Of a stretch of 64,000 nt of DNA, positions 26,925 to 35,291 are shown one piece after another. The stretch spans positions 84,962 to 148,961 of the forward strand of contig CAWBCO010000002.1 in the NCBI GenBank assembly GCA_963787415.1, read 5' to 3'. The stretch is from an uncultured Solirubrobacterales bacterium. Its GTDB lineage: Bacteria > Actinomycetota > Thermoleophilia > Solirubrobacterales > 70-9. The notes under the pieces are model-generated. The model was not told where the DNA came from, made no database searches, and saw only the letters and a program-made list of their open reading frames with translations. Both the position numbers and the translations under genes were made by a program. How positions within the stretch are numbered: the first letter of the stretch is position 1; every line of letters begins with the position of its first letter.

Positions 26925-27392
26925 TTAAGGGAGAGCCGCAGGTGGGGCGAGCGGGTCGAGCTGAGCCGCCGCCTCATCGATACCCTCGACGGCCAGCTCC
27001 CAGCCGGCCGTCTGGGCCAGATCCTGGAGGCGCTGCAGGTGGTCATAGAGGAGGTGGCGGCGGAGGTAGACCAGAGCTTCGGCGGGTTGAGCGACGCGGC
27101 GCGAGTCAAGCTCGGCCTCCTGCGCGCCGATCACGGCGCTCTCGGCGACGAGCACCTCCTCGCGCCCCTCGCCAGCCAGGTAGGCACTGCGCAGCTCGAG
27201 CCCCAGCTCGGCCGAGCAGCTGGTCAGGACCAAGACCGCAGCGCCGGCGTCGCATTGAAGCGTCTCGCCGCCGACCGGGCGGCCGTCGACCAAAAACCGA
27301 AGCGATAGCGGAGTCCGTGCCACCGACCTACCGTAGCGTTCTCGGAGGCGGGGAGTGCCTCGCCCGAGCTCAATCGAGGTCGGCATAACCAA
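26925..27392 (-). CDS. hypothetical protein
   Basis: 155 aa. Its start abuts the stop of the upstream ORF. Confidence 0.4.
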   Translation of the reverse strand: MVMPTSIELGRGTPRLRERYGRSVARTPLSLRFLVDGRPVGGETLQCDAGAAVLVLTSCSAELGLELRSAYLAGEGREEVLVAESAVIGAQEAELDSRRVAQPAEALVYLRRHLLYDHLQRLQDLAQTAGWELAVEGIDEAAAQLDPLAPPAALP

Positions 27393-27704
27393 TCATTCGG
27401 CATCAAGAGCAATCCATTCGATCTCGCCGTTGACGAGCGGGACCTCCATCGGGAAACGCGCGGCCCAGACGCTGCGCTCCCAGCGGGTGAAGCCGCCGTA
27501 GCGGGCGGCCCGCACCCGCTCCTCGTTACTCATTCGAGCAAGGCGCGCCAAGAAAGCATCGCGGCGATCGACGGGACTGAGGAAGTCCTCGCCGACCGAA
27601 GTCTCCTCGCTGAGCGGACGCTCAGCTGTTTTATTCGTCCTCGGATGGTCGCTCACCATTGCATCGTCGACCTCGCCACCGTTTGAAGCTCTGGGACGGT
27701 TCAT
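27393..27704 (-). CDS. hypothetical protein
   Basis: 103 aa with SNEERVRAARYGGFTRWERSVWAARFPMEVPLVNGEIEWI. A 4-nt overlap with the upstream gene. Confidence 0.4.
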   Translation of the reverse strand: MNRPRASNGGEVDDAMVSDHPRTNKTAERPLSEETSVGEDFLSPVDRRDAFLARLARMSNEERVRAARYGGFTRWERSVWAARFPMEVPLVNGEIEWIALDAE

Positions 27705-28129
27705 GGCGATGAGATCGAGCGGCTTTTATCGGCTCGGTATCTGCTCGTAAGCGCATTGGCCTTGCCGACCTGGGCCAGGGCGGAGAGGGTGAACTGGATT
27801 GGGCTCTCACCCTCACGCTGCAGCAAGGTCAAAGACAAGCGGTGCAAGTTGGGGCCGGTGCCCGGATCGACGGCGAGAAGCGGCCGGGGGTCGGTTCTCG
27901 ACAGCGAGCAGACGACGAGAGCGGCGTCTAGATGGCCGGGTTCGACAATGCCGGCAGAACGAGCATTGTCGAGCAGGGACCTCAACTCGTCGGCATCGCT
28001 TTGGGGACCGATTGTCGAGATTGGGCCTGAGTCGCTGGCCAGCTCAACCGCGGCCTTGACCCGATTGAGCTTGAACCGCCTTCGCGGTTTCGCCTGCGCG
28101 CTACGGCGGTCTGCGGATCGCGATTGCAT
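27701..28129 (-). CDS. paralogue of the zinc-ribbon family lacking the zinc ribbon
   Basis: SDADELRSLLDNA ... DPRPLLAVDPGTGPNLHRLSLTLLQREGESPIQFTLSALAQVGKANALTSRYRAD aligns with residues of the 28880-29569 product. Confidence 0.5.
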   Translation of the reverse strand: MQSRSADRRSAQAKPRRRFKLNRVKAAVELASDSGPISTIGPQSDADELRSLLDNARSAGIVEPGHLDAALVVCSLSRTDPRPLLAVDPGTGPNLHRLSLTLLQREGESPIQFTLSALAQVGKANALTSRYRADKSRSISSP

Positions 28130-28255
28130 CTGGTCCTCCTCTCTGCTGGTCCCCCCGCCCGATGCGGGAGCCGGTGCGACCGATCCGCACGCTCGGCGTG
28201 CGAAAGTCGGACGCCGGCGATTCGCAAATCGGACGGGTTGATCGGCGAGTTGAGA

Positions 28256-28280
28256 GCGGGGGGGGCGGAAATTCGCCCCC
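28256..28280 (-). promoter_or_regulatory. shared upstream GC hairpin motif, occurrence 2
   Basis: gcggggggggcggaaattcgccccc, about 130 nt upstream of the start at 28129. Confidence 0.45.
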
Positions 28281-28299
28281 TCATCAGAGAGGGGCGGGG

Positions 28300-28599
28300 T
28301 TACCCTGGGCGCGAAAGAATCTCGTGGCCTCCGACGCGAAGCCAGACAACATGGGTCTCGCCGGGCCTGCGCTCGCTGGCGTAGCGAAACGTGGCGCGGC
28401 CATCGCCTGAGTAGGACATCTCCCAGAGGTCCTTGGTGCCCTGCACGCGCTTGATGCGCAGAGAGCGTGGCGGCTCATTTCCAGCCCTGAGGGCATCCAC
28501 CAGTTTCGCGACGGCCTTGCGGAATGCCCGCCGTTGCTCGCAAGGAAGGCGTGTGAACTCGCGGGCGAAGCCCGCCGACAGCTCGTAAGTTGGGCTCAC
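28300..28599 (-). CDS. RelE/ParE-superfamily toxin-like protein
   Basis: 99 aa with F..L...QRRAFRKAV ... PRSLRIKRVQGTKDLWEMSYSGDGRATFRY ... VVWLRVGGHEIL. A 4-nt overlap with the upstream small ORF. Confidence 0.55.
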   Translation of the reverse strand: MSPTYELSAGFAREFTRLPCEQRRAFRKAVAKLVDALRAGNEPPRSLRIKRVQGTKDLWEMSYSGDGRATFRYASERRPGETHVVWLRVGGHEILSRPG

Positions 28600-28883
28600 C
28601 GCTGAGGCTGTTGCGAGGCGGCCGCGTCGAGACGATCAAGCGCGTCGAGAAACTCCTCACCGCTGAGCGGCCGCTCGACCTCTTCCGCGATCACCTCATC
28701 GGCGGACTCCGGAGCAAGCACGAGCGAACCGTCGCGGCGGTGCTCCAAGACCTTGTAGCGACCGAGGCGTGATTGCGAAGCGTCGGCCGCGGTGATGTCA
28801 ACAACGAGCATCTTCATTCCCTCCAGTGTCTCAGGCACGACAGGCAGCGGCAAGTCGAGCATCTCTACGTGGCATCTGGTCAC
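28596..28883 (-). CDS. putative antitoxin
   Basis: Small acidic ORF coupled to the RelE-like gene. The start is uncertain (28883, 28862 or 28817). It overlaps the stop of the zinc-ribbon gene. Confidence 0.4.
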   Translation of the reverse strand: MTRCHVEMLDLPLPVVPETLEGMKMLVVDITAADASQSRLGRYKVLEHRRDGSLVLAPESADEVIAEEVERPLSGEEFLDALDRLDAAASQQPQR

Positions 28884-29569
28884 CGTGCCAGGGCAGCGAG
28901 TCCCTCGGCCGTTTCCAGCTCGTCCGCGTTGTCGACCAGCTCGCGGCCGCTCTCCTGGAGCTCTGAGGCAACAACTTCACAGATGTCGGCGCCATTCCAC
29001 GGTCCCGGCCGGTTCATGTAGGAGGCGATGCGGTCGAGTCGAGCGCTGTCGGCCTGGTAGCTGCTGGCAAGCGCGTTGGCCTGCTCGACTATCTGGTCGA
29101 GGACGCGAACGGTGAAGTCGACAGGGTTCTCGCCGTTGTGCTGCTGGAGCTTCAGCGACCTGCCGAGAAGGGTCGGGCCGCTACTTGGATTGACAGCGAG
29201 GATCGGCTCGGGATCGCTCAGCGAGAGCGGATAGATGGCGAGGCAGACATCGGGGCGAGCACGCCGGATGACACGAGCAAAGAGTGCGTCGTCGACCAGA
29301 GCATTGAGCCTATCGGCGTCGCTGTGGGGGCTGACCGGTGAAACCGCGCCCTCCAGATTGCGCAAGTCAAAGGCGGCGCGGCGGCGATCGAGAGTGAACA
29401 ATTCCTGCGGAGGAGCAACCCCGCGAAGATCCCGCTCGCCTTCGGCGACCGTGATCAGGGCCCCCTCTCGGGCGAACTCCGTGCCGCAGTTGTCGCACTC
29501 GATGCGACTCCCGGGCTCGGTCAGAGTGTCGGCCTCGGCGCTGGAGCACTCAGGGCATCGCAATTTCAT
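28880..29569 (-). CDS. zinc-ribbon protein of unknown function (full-length family member)
   Basis: MKLRCPECSSAEADTLTEPGSRIECDNCGTEF (CxxC-N17-CxxC) followed by an about 190-aa uncharacterised domain. Confidence 0.6.
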   Translation of the reverse strand: MKLRCPECSSAEADTLTEPGSRIECDNCGTEFAREGALITVAEGERDLRGVAPPQELFTLDRRRAAFDLRNLEGAVSPVSPHSDADRLNALVDDALFARVIRRARPDVCLAIYPLSLSDPEPILAVNPSSGPTLLGRSLKLQQHNGENPVDFTVRVLDQIVEQANALASSYQADSARLDRIASYMNRPGPWNGADICEVVASELQESGRELVDNADELETAEGLAALAR

Positions 29570-29721
29570 TTCTTCCTCCCCCTTCTTGGCTCCGCCCAGT
29601 GCGGGAGCCGTCGCACCCGATTGGCGCGCTCAGCGTGCGAGGATCGGGGTGGCGGTGACCCGCGAATGAGCGAGAGTTGATCGGCATGGAGGTGTGAGAG
29701 CTGGGGGCGGGAATTCGCCCC
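29007..29721. repeat. about 715-bp direct repeat, copy A (partner at 31725-32435)
   Basis: Most of the zinc-ribbon gene plus its leader. Over 90% identity to copy B by eye. Confidence 0.8.
29700..29721 (-). promoter_or_regulatory. shared upstream GC hairpin motif, occurrence 3
   Basis: gctgggggcgggaattcgcccc, about 130 nt upstream of the start at 29569. Confidence 0.45.
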
Positions 29722-30002
29722 TCGATGCATTAGCTCGCTTTGTTGAGCGGCCCCTCAGGTGCGAGGGGAATTTAAAACCCCGCAGGCACCCCCTTCGCAA
29801 GTCGCACAACAAGCGATCTGAAGAGGACAAGCTAGGTCTGTGCCATGCTGGCGTGCCTAGGATGTGGATATGGCCAGCGAGCGCGGCCCGCTTGATTCGC
29901 TCCGATACCGGCATCGGAGCTTCTCGATCCCTATTCTCCTATCTCAGTACATATCGGGCAGGCGGAAATCCCGTCTGATCCAGCTTTTACCTTCGTGTCT
30001 AG

Positions 30003-31370
30003 ATGAGAGGCCATCGCAGCAGTCGAATCCTTGTCGCGGGCAAGGATGCCCGCACCGACGCCATCGCCGCCGCTTTGGCAGCTAGCCCTCTCACAGCCGA
30101 ACTCTACGCACTGTCAGAACTCCAAAACCCGCCTGGGCTTCTGCGGGCCTGCAAGGAATTACGGCTTGGGTCGCTCACTGATCTGGACTGGTTGGAGTCC
30201 GCGACCCGCGAGATCGCTCCCGACCTTGTCGTCGTCGGCCCTGAGGAGCCGCTCGCCGCTGGCTACGTCGACCGCCTTGATGAGATGGGCATTGCCGCCT
30301 TCGGACCTTCTAGCGAACTCGCCGAAATCGAGTCGAGCAAGACCTGGGCGCGTGAACTCTTGGAGAAATACGACATTGCTGGGAACCCGGACCACCGCGC
30401 CTTCGCAAGTGCTGAGTCGCTGCGAGAGTACATGGAGGAACTCGGTGATTTCGTCGTCAAGCCCGATGGCCTTACTGCAGGCAAGGGAGTCAAGGTCTTC
30501 GGCGAGCACCTGCACTCGATCGACGAGGCTCTCGCCTATGCGCTCGATGTGCTCCAGACCCACCCGCGGGTACTGATCGAGGAGCGACTCGAGGGCGAGG
30601 AGTTCAGCCTGCAGACGATCACCGACGGCGCCGCAGTAATCCACTGCCCGCTCGTGCAGGATCACAAGCGTGCCTTCGAGGGCGATCAGGGGCCGAACAC
30701 CGGCGGCATGGGGTCCTACTCATGCGCGGACTTCTCCTTGCCGTTCCTCAGCGACGCCGATGTGCTCCAGGCGCACACGATCTCCGAAAAGGTGGTCGCG
30801 GCCCTGGCTTCTGAGACCGGCAGGCCCTACAAGGGTGTTCTCTACGGCGGCTTCATCGCAACTTCTGACGGCGTTCGCCTGATCGAGTACAACGCTCGTT
30901 TCGGTGATCCCGAGGCGATGAATGTCCTCCCGATTCTCGACGCCGACTTTGCCGAGATCTGCTTCGCTGTCGCCGCAGGCGAGCTTGGCAAAGTTGACTG
31001 GTCCTTCCAGCCGCGAGCCACCGTTTGTAAGTACGTGGTCCCCGAGGCCTACCCAGAGAAGTCCGAGCCGACCAAGCTCGGAATCACCCCGACTGAGCTC
31101 GATCAGTTTGGTGCCACCTGGTATTGGGCGGCCTGCGAGCAGCACGGCGAGGACATCTTCATGACCTCCTCACGGACCGGTGCCTTCGTCGGCAGCGGGA
31201 ACTCTCTGCAAAAGGCCGAGGCCGCCGCCGAGCAGGCAGCCCAAGAGCTAGGACGCGGCCGCTCGATCCGCTACCGCGCTGACATAGGCACTGAACCGCT
31301 TATTCGTAAGCGGATCGAGCATATGCAGAAACTGCGCGGTTCGCAGTTTCGCCCGCACGCGTCTTTCTAG
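30003..31370 (+). CDS. phosphoribosylamine-glycine ligase (PurD)-like ATP-grasp enzyme, divergent and orphan
   Basis: PurD-type motifs are present: FVVKPDGLTAGKGV, EERLEGEEFSLQ, DHKRAFEGDQGPNTGGMGSYS, IEYNARFGDPEAMNVLPIL. The N-terminal loop reads GKDARTDA instead of the canonical GGREHA. No other pur genes are nearby. Confidence 0.7.
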   Translation: MRGHRSSRILVAGKDARTDAIAAALAASPLTAELYALSELQNPPGLLRACKELRLGSLTDLDWLESATREIAPDLVVVGPEEPLAAGYVDRLDEMGIAAFGPSSELAEIESSKTWARELLEKYDIAGNPDHRAFASAESLREYMEELGDFVVKPDGLTAGKGVKVFGEHLHSIDEALAYALDVLQTHPRVLIEERLEGEEFSLQTITDGAAVIHCPLVQDHKRAFEGDQGPNTGGMGSYSCADFSLPFLSDADVLQAHTISEKVVAALASETGRPYKGVLYGGFIATSDGVRLIEYNARFGDPEAMNVLPILDADFAEICFAVAAGELGKVDWSFQPRATVCKYVVPEAYPEKSEPTKLGITPTELDQFGATWYWAACEQHGEDIFMTSSRTGAFVGSGNSLQKAEAAAEQAAQELGRGRSIRYRADIGTEPLIRKRIEHMQKLRGSQFRPHASF

Positions 31371-31699
31371 TTGCGCCGTTCGCTGAGGTAGCGCTCGGCG
31401 CAGATGCTGCAGTTCAGCTCGTATCGCATCTGCTCGTCGACCTTGCGTTGAGGCTCCTTACAAGCCCACCAGACGAGCTTGGGATTGTCGCTCTCATCGT
31501 GCAGCTGGGGGTGGGTGCAGATGTGATGTAGGGCGATCCTTCCACACGGAAGGCGAAGCTCCCGGCAGTTGGGCACATTCGCCCCCGGTTCGGGCCCGTA
31601 GTAGGCGACGGTCTCGACCTCGACCTCGCCAGTATCAATCGCCTCGATCGTTCGGTGACAGCCGGGGCACTCCGCCGCTTCGCTCACGGACCCAAGCAT
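31367..31699 (-). CDS. Cys-rich small protein (putative zinc-binding)
   Basis: 110 aa with CPGC near the N-terminus, CSIC near the C-terminus and four further Cys. Convergent with the PurD-like gene, with a 4-nt overlap. Confidence 0.45.
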   Translation of the reverse strand: MLGSVSEAAECPGCHRTIEAIDTGEVEVETVAYYGPEPGANVPNCRELRLPCGRIALHHICTHPQLHDESDNPKLVWWACKEPQRKVDEQMRYELNCSICAERYLSERRN

Positions 31700-31705
31700 T
31701 GCTTG

Positions 31706-32286
31706 TCAGTCAATCGCTGGCTGCGGCCGATTCATGTAGGAGGCGATGCGGTCGAGGCGGGCGCTGTCGGCGTGGTAGCTGCCGGCAAGCGCGTTGGCCT
31801 GCTCGACTATCTGGTCGAGGACGCGAACGGTGAAGTCGACAGGGTTCTCGCCGTTGTGCTGTCGGAGCTTCAGCGAGCAGCCGAGCAGGGTCGGGCCGCT
31901 ACTTGGATTGACGGCAAGGATCGGCTCGGGATCGCTCAGCGAGAGCGGATAGATGGCGAGGCAGACATCGGGGCGAGCACGCCGGATGACACGAGCGAAG
32001 AGTGCGTCATCGACCAGAGCATTGAGCTCATCGGCGTCGCCGTGGGGGTTGACCGGTGAGACCGCGCCCTCCAGATTGCGCAAGTCAAAGGCGGCGCGGA
32101 GGCGCTCGAGCGTGAACAATCCTGCGGAGAGGCAACGCGGCGAAGGTCTCGCTCGCTTTCGGCGACCGTGATCAGGGCCTCCTCTCGGGCGAACTCGGCG
32201 CCGCAGTTGTCGCACTCGATGCGACTCCCAAGCTCGGTCAGACTGTCGACCTCAGTGCTGGAGCACTCAGGACATCGCAATTTCAT
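31706..32286 (-). pseudogene. third zinc-ribbon family copy, frameshifted and 3'-truncated
   Basis: MKLRCPECSSTEVDSLTELGSRIECDNCGAEF. Relative to copy 2 one T is missing (gaacaattcctgcgg versus gaacaatcctgcgg near 32120). The rest of the domain continues in the 31706-32215 frame and ends early at MNRPQPAID. Confidence 0.7.
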
Positions 32287-32435
32287 TTCTTCCTCCCCTT
32301 TGTGGCTCCGCCCAGTGCGGGAGCCGTCGCTGCCGATTGGCACGCTCTGCGTGCGAGGATCGGGGCGGCGGCGACCCGTAAGGGCGGGAGTTGGTCTGCG
32401 TGGAGGTGTGAGCGTTGGGGGGCGGGAATTCGCCC
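31725..32435. repeat. about 711-bp direct repeat, copy B
   Basis: See 29007-29721. Confidence 0.8.
32412..32435 (-). promoter_or_regulatory. shared upstream GC hairpin motif, occurrence 4
   Basis: gcgttggggggcgggaattcgcccc. Confidence 0.45.
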
Positions 32436-32610
32436 CGGGGCCGACTGTCGATTGCATCGACCCCCTGAGATCAGAGCATGAAGGGGTCCAATCAGGGTTG
32501 GGCCGGTTGGTGCCCCGTCGCTCCGATTATCTGGAGCTCTGCCAGAAACGAGCGCACGGCAAGGCCTCTCGGTGGCAGAAGTAATCGCGCTCTTACTGGC
32601 AGAGCGAGCG

Positions 32611-33143
32611 CTAATCCTCCGGAGGTGTCTCCCAAAGGGTCGTCGAAACCAGATCGAGACGCGAGGTGGGTAGCAAGCGCTCGAGAAATACCGCCACGAC
32701 TTCACCGGCGCCGGTTGCCGACGGAGCTCGCACCCCCTCACGGCCGAGGTGGTGGGCTGCCTCTCCGATCTGCTGACAGGCACTGGCTTTGGTCGAGTAA
32801 AGCTGACCAACGGTCAGCTCTAACGCGTCAAGTGCCAAAGGATCGGTCAGATCTAGGCACCCAGCTTCAGCTTGTACTCAAGTAAGTGACGCGGCATGAA
32901 GTCGATCGGTTCTCGGCCGGCCTGGCGAGCGAGACGATGGAACTCGGCCACCGCGACATCAACGGAAAGGCCAAGGTAGAGGGTTGCGAAGCTGTTCGGT
33001 GGATTCCAGCGTCCGCCGTTCGTACGCGCCCCAGCGCCGGGCTGCGAATAGCTCCACTCGACTGCCTGATGGCGGAATCCACGGCCCGAAATCGCGATCG
33101 GGGGCAGCCCATCAATAACCGTGGTTATGTGAGCTGGCGCCAC
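32611..33143 (-). pseudogene. RES-domain toxin, frameshifted near 32850
   Basis: N-part GRGFRHQAV ... GGRWNPPNSFATLYLGLSVDVAVAEF stops at 32853. The C-part LDLTDPLALDALELTVGQLY ... QQIGEAAHHLGREGVRAPSATGAGEVVAVF continues in another frame. Confidence 0.65.
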
Positions 33144-33163
33144 GAGACAACGAAATTCGCGGT

Positions 33164-33502
33164 TTAGACGAAGACGCCCTCGGCCAGCGCCTCAACCGCG
33201 CCGAGAACCCGGCGGTACTCCCCCCTTGTTAGAAGATCGATGGGCTTGTTGTGATCGAGCATCTGATTCGGAGCTAGGAGCCAATCGTGAGCGGCCTGCG
33301 GCTGTAGAACATTCGATAAGCGGTCGAACACGTAGATGATCTCAAGCAGGCGTTCACGAGCCTCGGCACGCGGAGCCGTCTCTCGGTGCAGCCACCGAGA
33401 GACCGTTCTCGGCGTGGTTTCAAGAACACGCGCAAAGTCTGAGTAGTCAAAGCCGACTCCCTCGCTAGCAACCTCAAGCCTCTCGACAAGATCCTGCAAC
33501 AT
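33164..33502 (-). CDS. Xre/MbcA/ParS-type antitoxin (DUF2384-like) of RES toxins
   Basis: FARVLETTPRTVSRWL ... AAHDWLLAPNQMLDHNKPIDLLTRGEYRRVLGAVEALAEGVF is the typical DUF2384 C-terminal motif. Confidence 0.7.
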   Translation of the reverse strand: MLQDLVERLEVASEGVGFDYSDFARVLETTPRTVSRWLHRETAPRAEARERLLEIIYVFDRLSNVLQPQAAHDWLLAPNQMLDHNKPIDLLTRGEYRRVLGAVEALAEGVFV

Positions 33503-33512
33503 ATCCCCTTTC

Positions 33513-34798
33513 GTGTCGTCCGATCTGTCCTCTAGTTTGTCAGATGCAATGGATGGTGCTCTGAACGCCCTAACGACGGTGCCCGAGTTCTTGCAAGACG
33601 CAAGTTATTTGCCGCGGGTGACCCGCCACGGGGGAAGAGTGTTTGAGGAGGCGCTTGCCCCAAGCACTCTGTTTGATGAAGGCATTCATCTCCGCGGCTG
33701 CATCGTTGAGGCCACTTATGCCGCTGAGGAGCCGCCAATCCTGCGACGACTCGGGGATGACTCAGTGCCGATTCTGGTCGACCCTCAAACCCTTCGATTT
33801 ACTGACGAAAGTTTTCTTGAAACGGGGGAGTTTCTCCACATTGCCCTATACCCCCCGCGAGCTGATCACGTCGGAGAGCGTCGCTTGCGTCGATGCCGAT
33901 GCGTTTGCCCGGGCGGTTCTCGAATTCGAGCAAGCGAAGGGCTGCGCGGCATTTATTTCCCCGACTTGGCCTCTGCATAACCAGAAGCTCGACTCGTGGA
34001 TTAGGGCGAGTCGGCGGTTGTGGCAGGCAACCTGTGACGCAAACGGAAGCGGCGATATCGAGGCTCGACCGCTGCTTGCTCAGGTGGCGCCAGGAAGAGC
34101 GGCAATCGAAGCCCCCGACTCACTCGTTGAGGGACTGATGGATTTGCCGGTTGACGGCGTATATGTTCAACCGCTGGCCCTCGATCCTGTCAATGACAGC
34201 GTCGAGAAGCTCCTTCGCTACGTGCGACTGTTGGAGGCCTTTGAGGAGGCGGGGCTGTCGGTGATCGCATCGAGGGTTGGCGCGTTTGGAGTTGTCCTTG
34301 CGGCGCTTGGCATTTCTGCGTTCGATTCTGGACTCGGCCTTGCCGAGGCTTCCAATTTGGCAAGCTTGAATCGGAAGAAACGCCAGAGCGAGCAATCTAA
34401 GAAAGGCCCAAAGGGCAGCCGTCGCATATATCTGAATCCGCTCAGAACCACGCTGGCCGCTCGGCAGGCTGAATTGATCCTCGGTCACACCGGCCTGGCG
34501 AGACGATTCGCCTGCAACCCTCGGTTGTCGCCGGTTTCAGAGGCTGGACGAGTTGCCACAGCGCGTTCGGCAGCACTTCCTCTGGACGCGTAATGAGGAG
34601 GTCCGAGCAATCCGTGACCTCGAAACACGATCGATGAAGCTTGGCCTAATTCACGAGGAGCTTCGCAGTGCGCGGGAGGTTGGACGACTTGTGCGCAGGA
34701 CTCTGATGAGCAACTTGCCTGATTTGCCTTCGTTCGATCACACAGATCGGTGGATCCGGGTGCTCGGCCGTGAGGCCGAAGCTCGCGCTGTCGCCTGA
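33513..34798 (+). pseudogene. about 425-aa gene of unknown function read across three frames
   Basis: Protein-like segments run in frame 1 (33513 to about 33835, VPILVDPQTLRFTDESFLETG), frame 2 (to about 34540, STLPYTPRELIT ... VYVQPLALDP ... ASRVGAFGVVLAALGISAFDSGLG) and frame 3 (HFLWTRNEEVRAIRDLETRS ... to 34798). Confidence 0.45.
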
Positions 34799-35291
34799 GT
34801 GTTGGGCTTCCCAATCATCGGGTTGAGCCGGACTAGGTTCCACAGAGTTTCGGTGAAAACCGGCCTGATTCAGTTTCTAAGATGGGAAAGGGTTTGGGCC
34901 GTTTTAAGCTGTGGATCCGTGAGCATTCTGTGTCACATCATGGGTAGAGTTCGCCCGGATGCCGCGGTTCATGGTTACGTGGCTGGGCGTGTTCGACGAT
35001 GAGATGGGTGCCGCGCTCGAAGCCGAGGGCATCTACTGGCAGGCGGGGATCCCGATCGAAGCCCGCTCAAAGCGCATGCACCACCATTTGATGATCGCTA
35101 CCACGAGCGTCTTTGCAGGAAGCTCTGCGTTCACCAGGTCCATCGAACAACCTCCCTCGGTAGAGAAAGAGAAAGACCCTCCACGACCGGCGTAGAGGGC
35201 CTTATCTCAGGCCGGTTGTTCGACTGCTATCAGTCAGCGGTGGCGATCAGGACCGAGCCGAACTAACGTCTAGCCGGTCAGAGGTCGTTGA

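Noticed and set aside
26714-27388. 224-aa plus-strand ORF extremely rich in Arg, Pro and Gly
   Set aside because: It is a shadow of the minus-strand genes 26495-27392. The composition is not protein-like.
30003-31699. ATP-grasp plus Cys-rich small ORF considered as a graspetide/RiPP pair
   Set aside because: The ligase is PurD-type throughout, not a RiPP ATP-grasp. The small ORF is convergent, not co-transcribed, and lacks a leader/core repeat pattern.
26857-32435. Repeated GC hairpin motifs considered as a CRISPR-like array
   Set aside because: There are only four copies, 1.4-2.7 kb apart. Each sits upstream of a gene, the spacers are genes, and there are no cas genes.
34959-35195. 78-aa ORF in the 34.8-35.3 kb gap
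   Set aside because: It has no RBS, no motif and ambiguous composition, so I left it unannotated.
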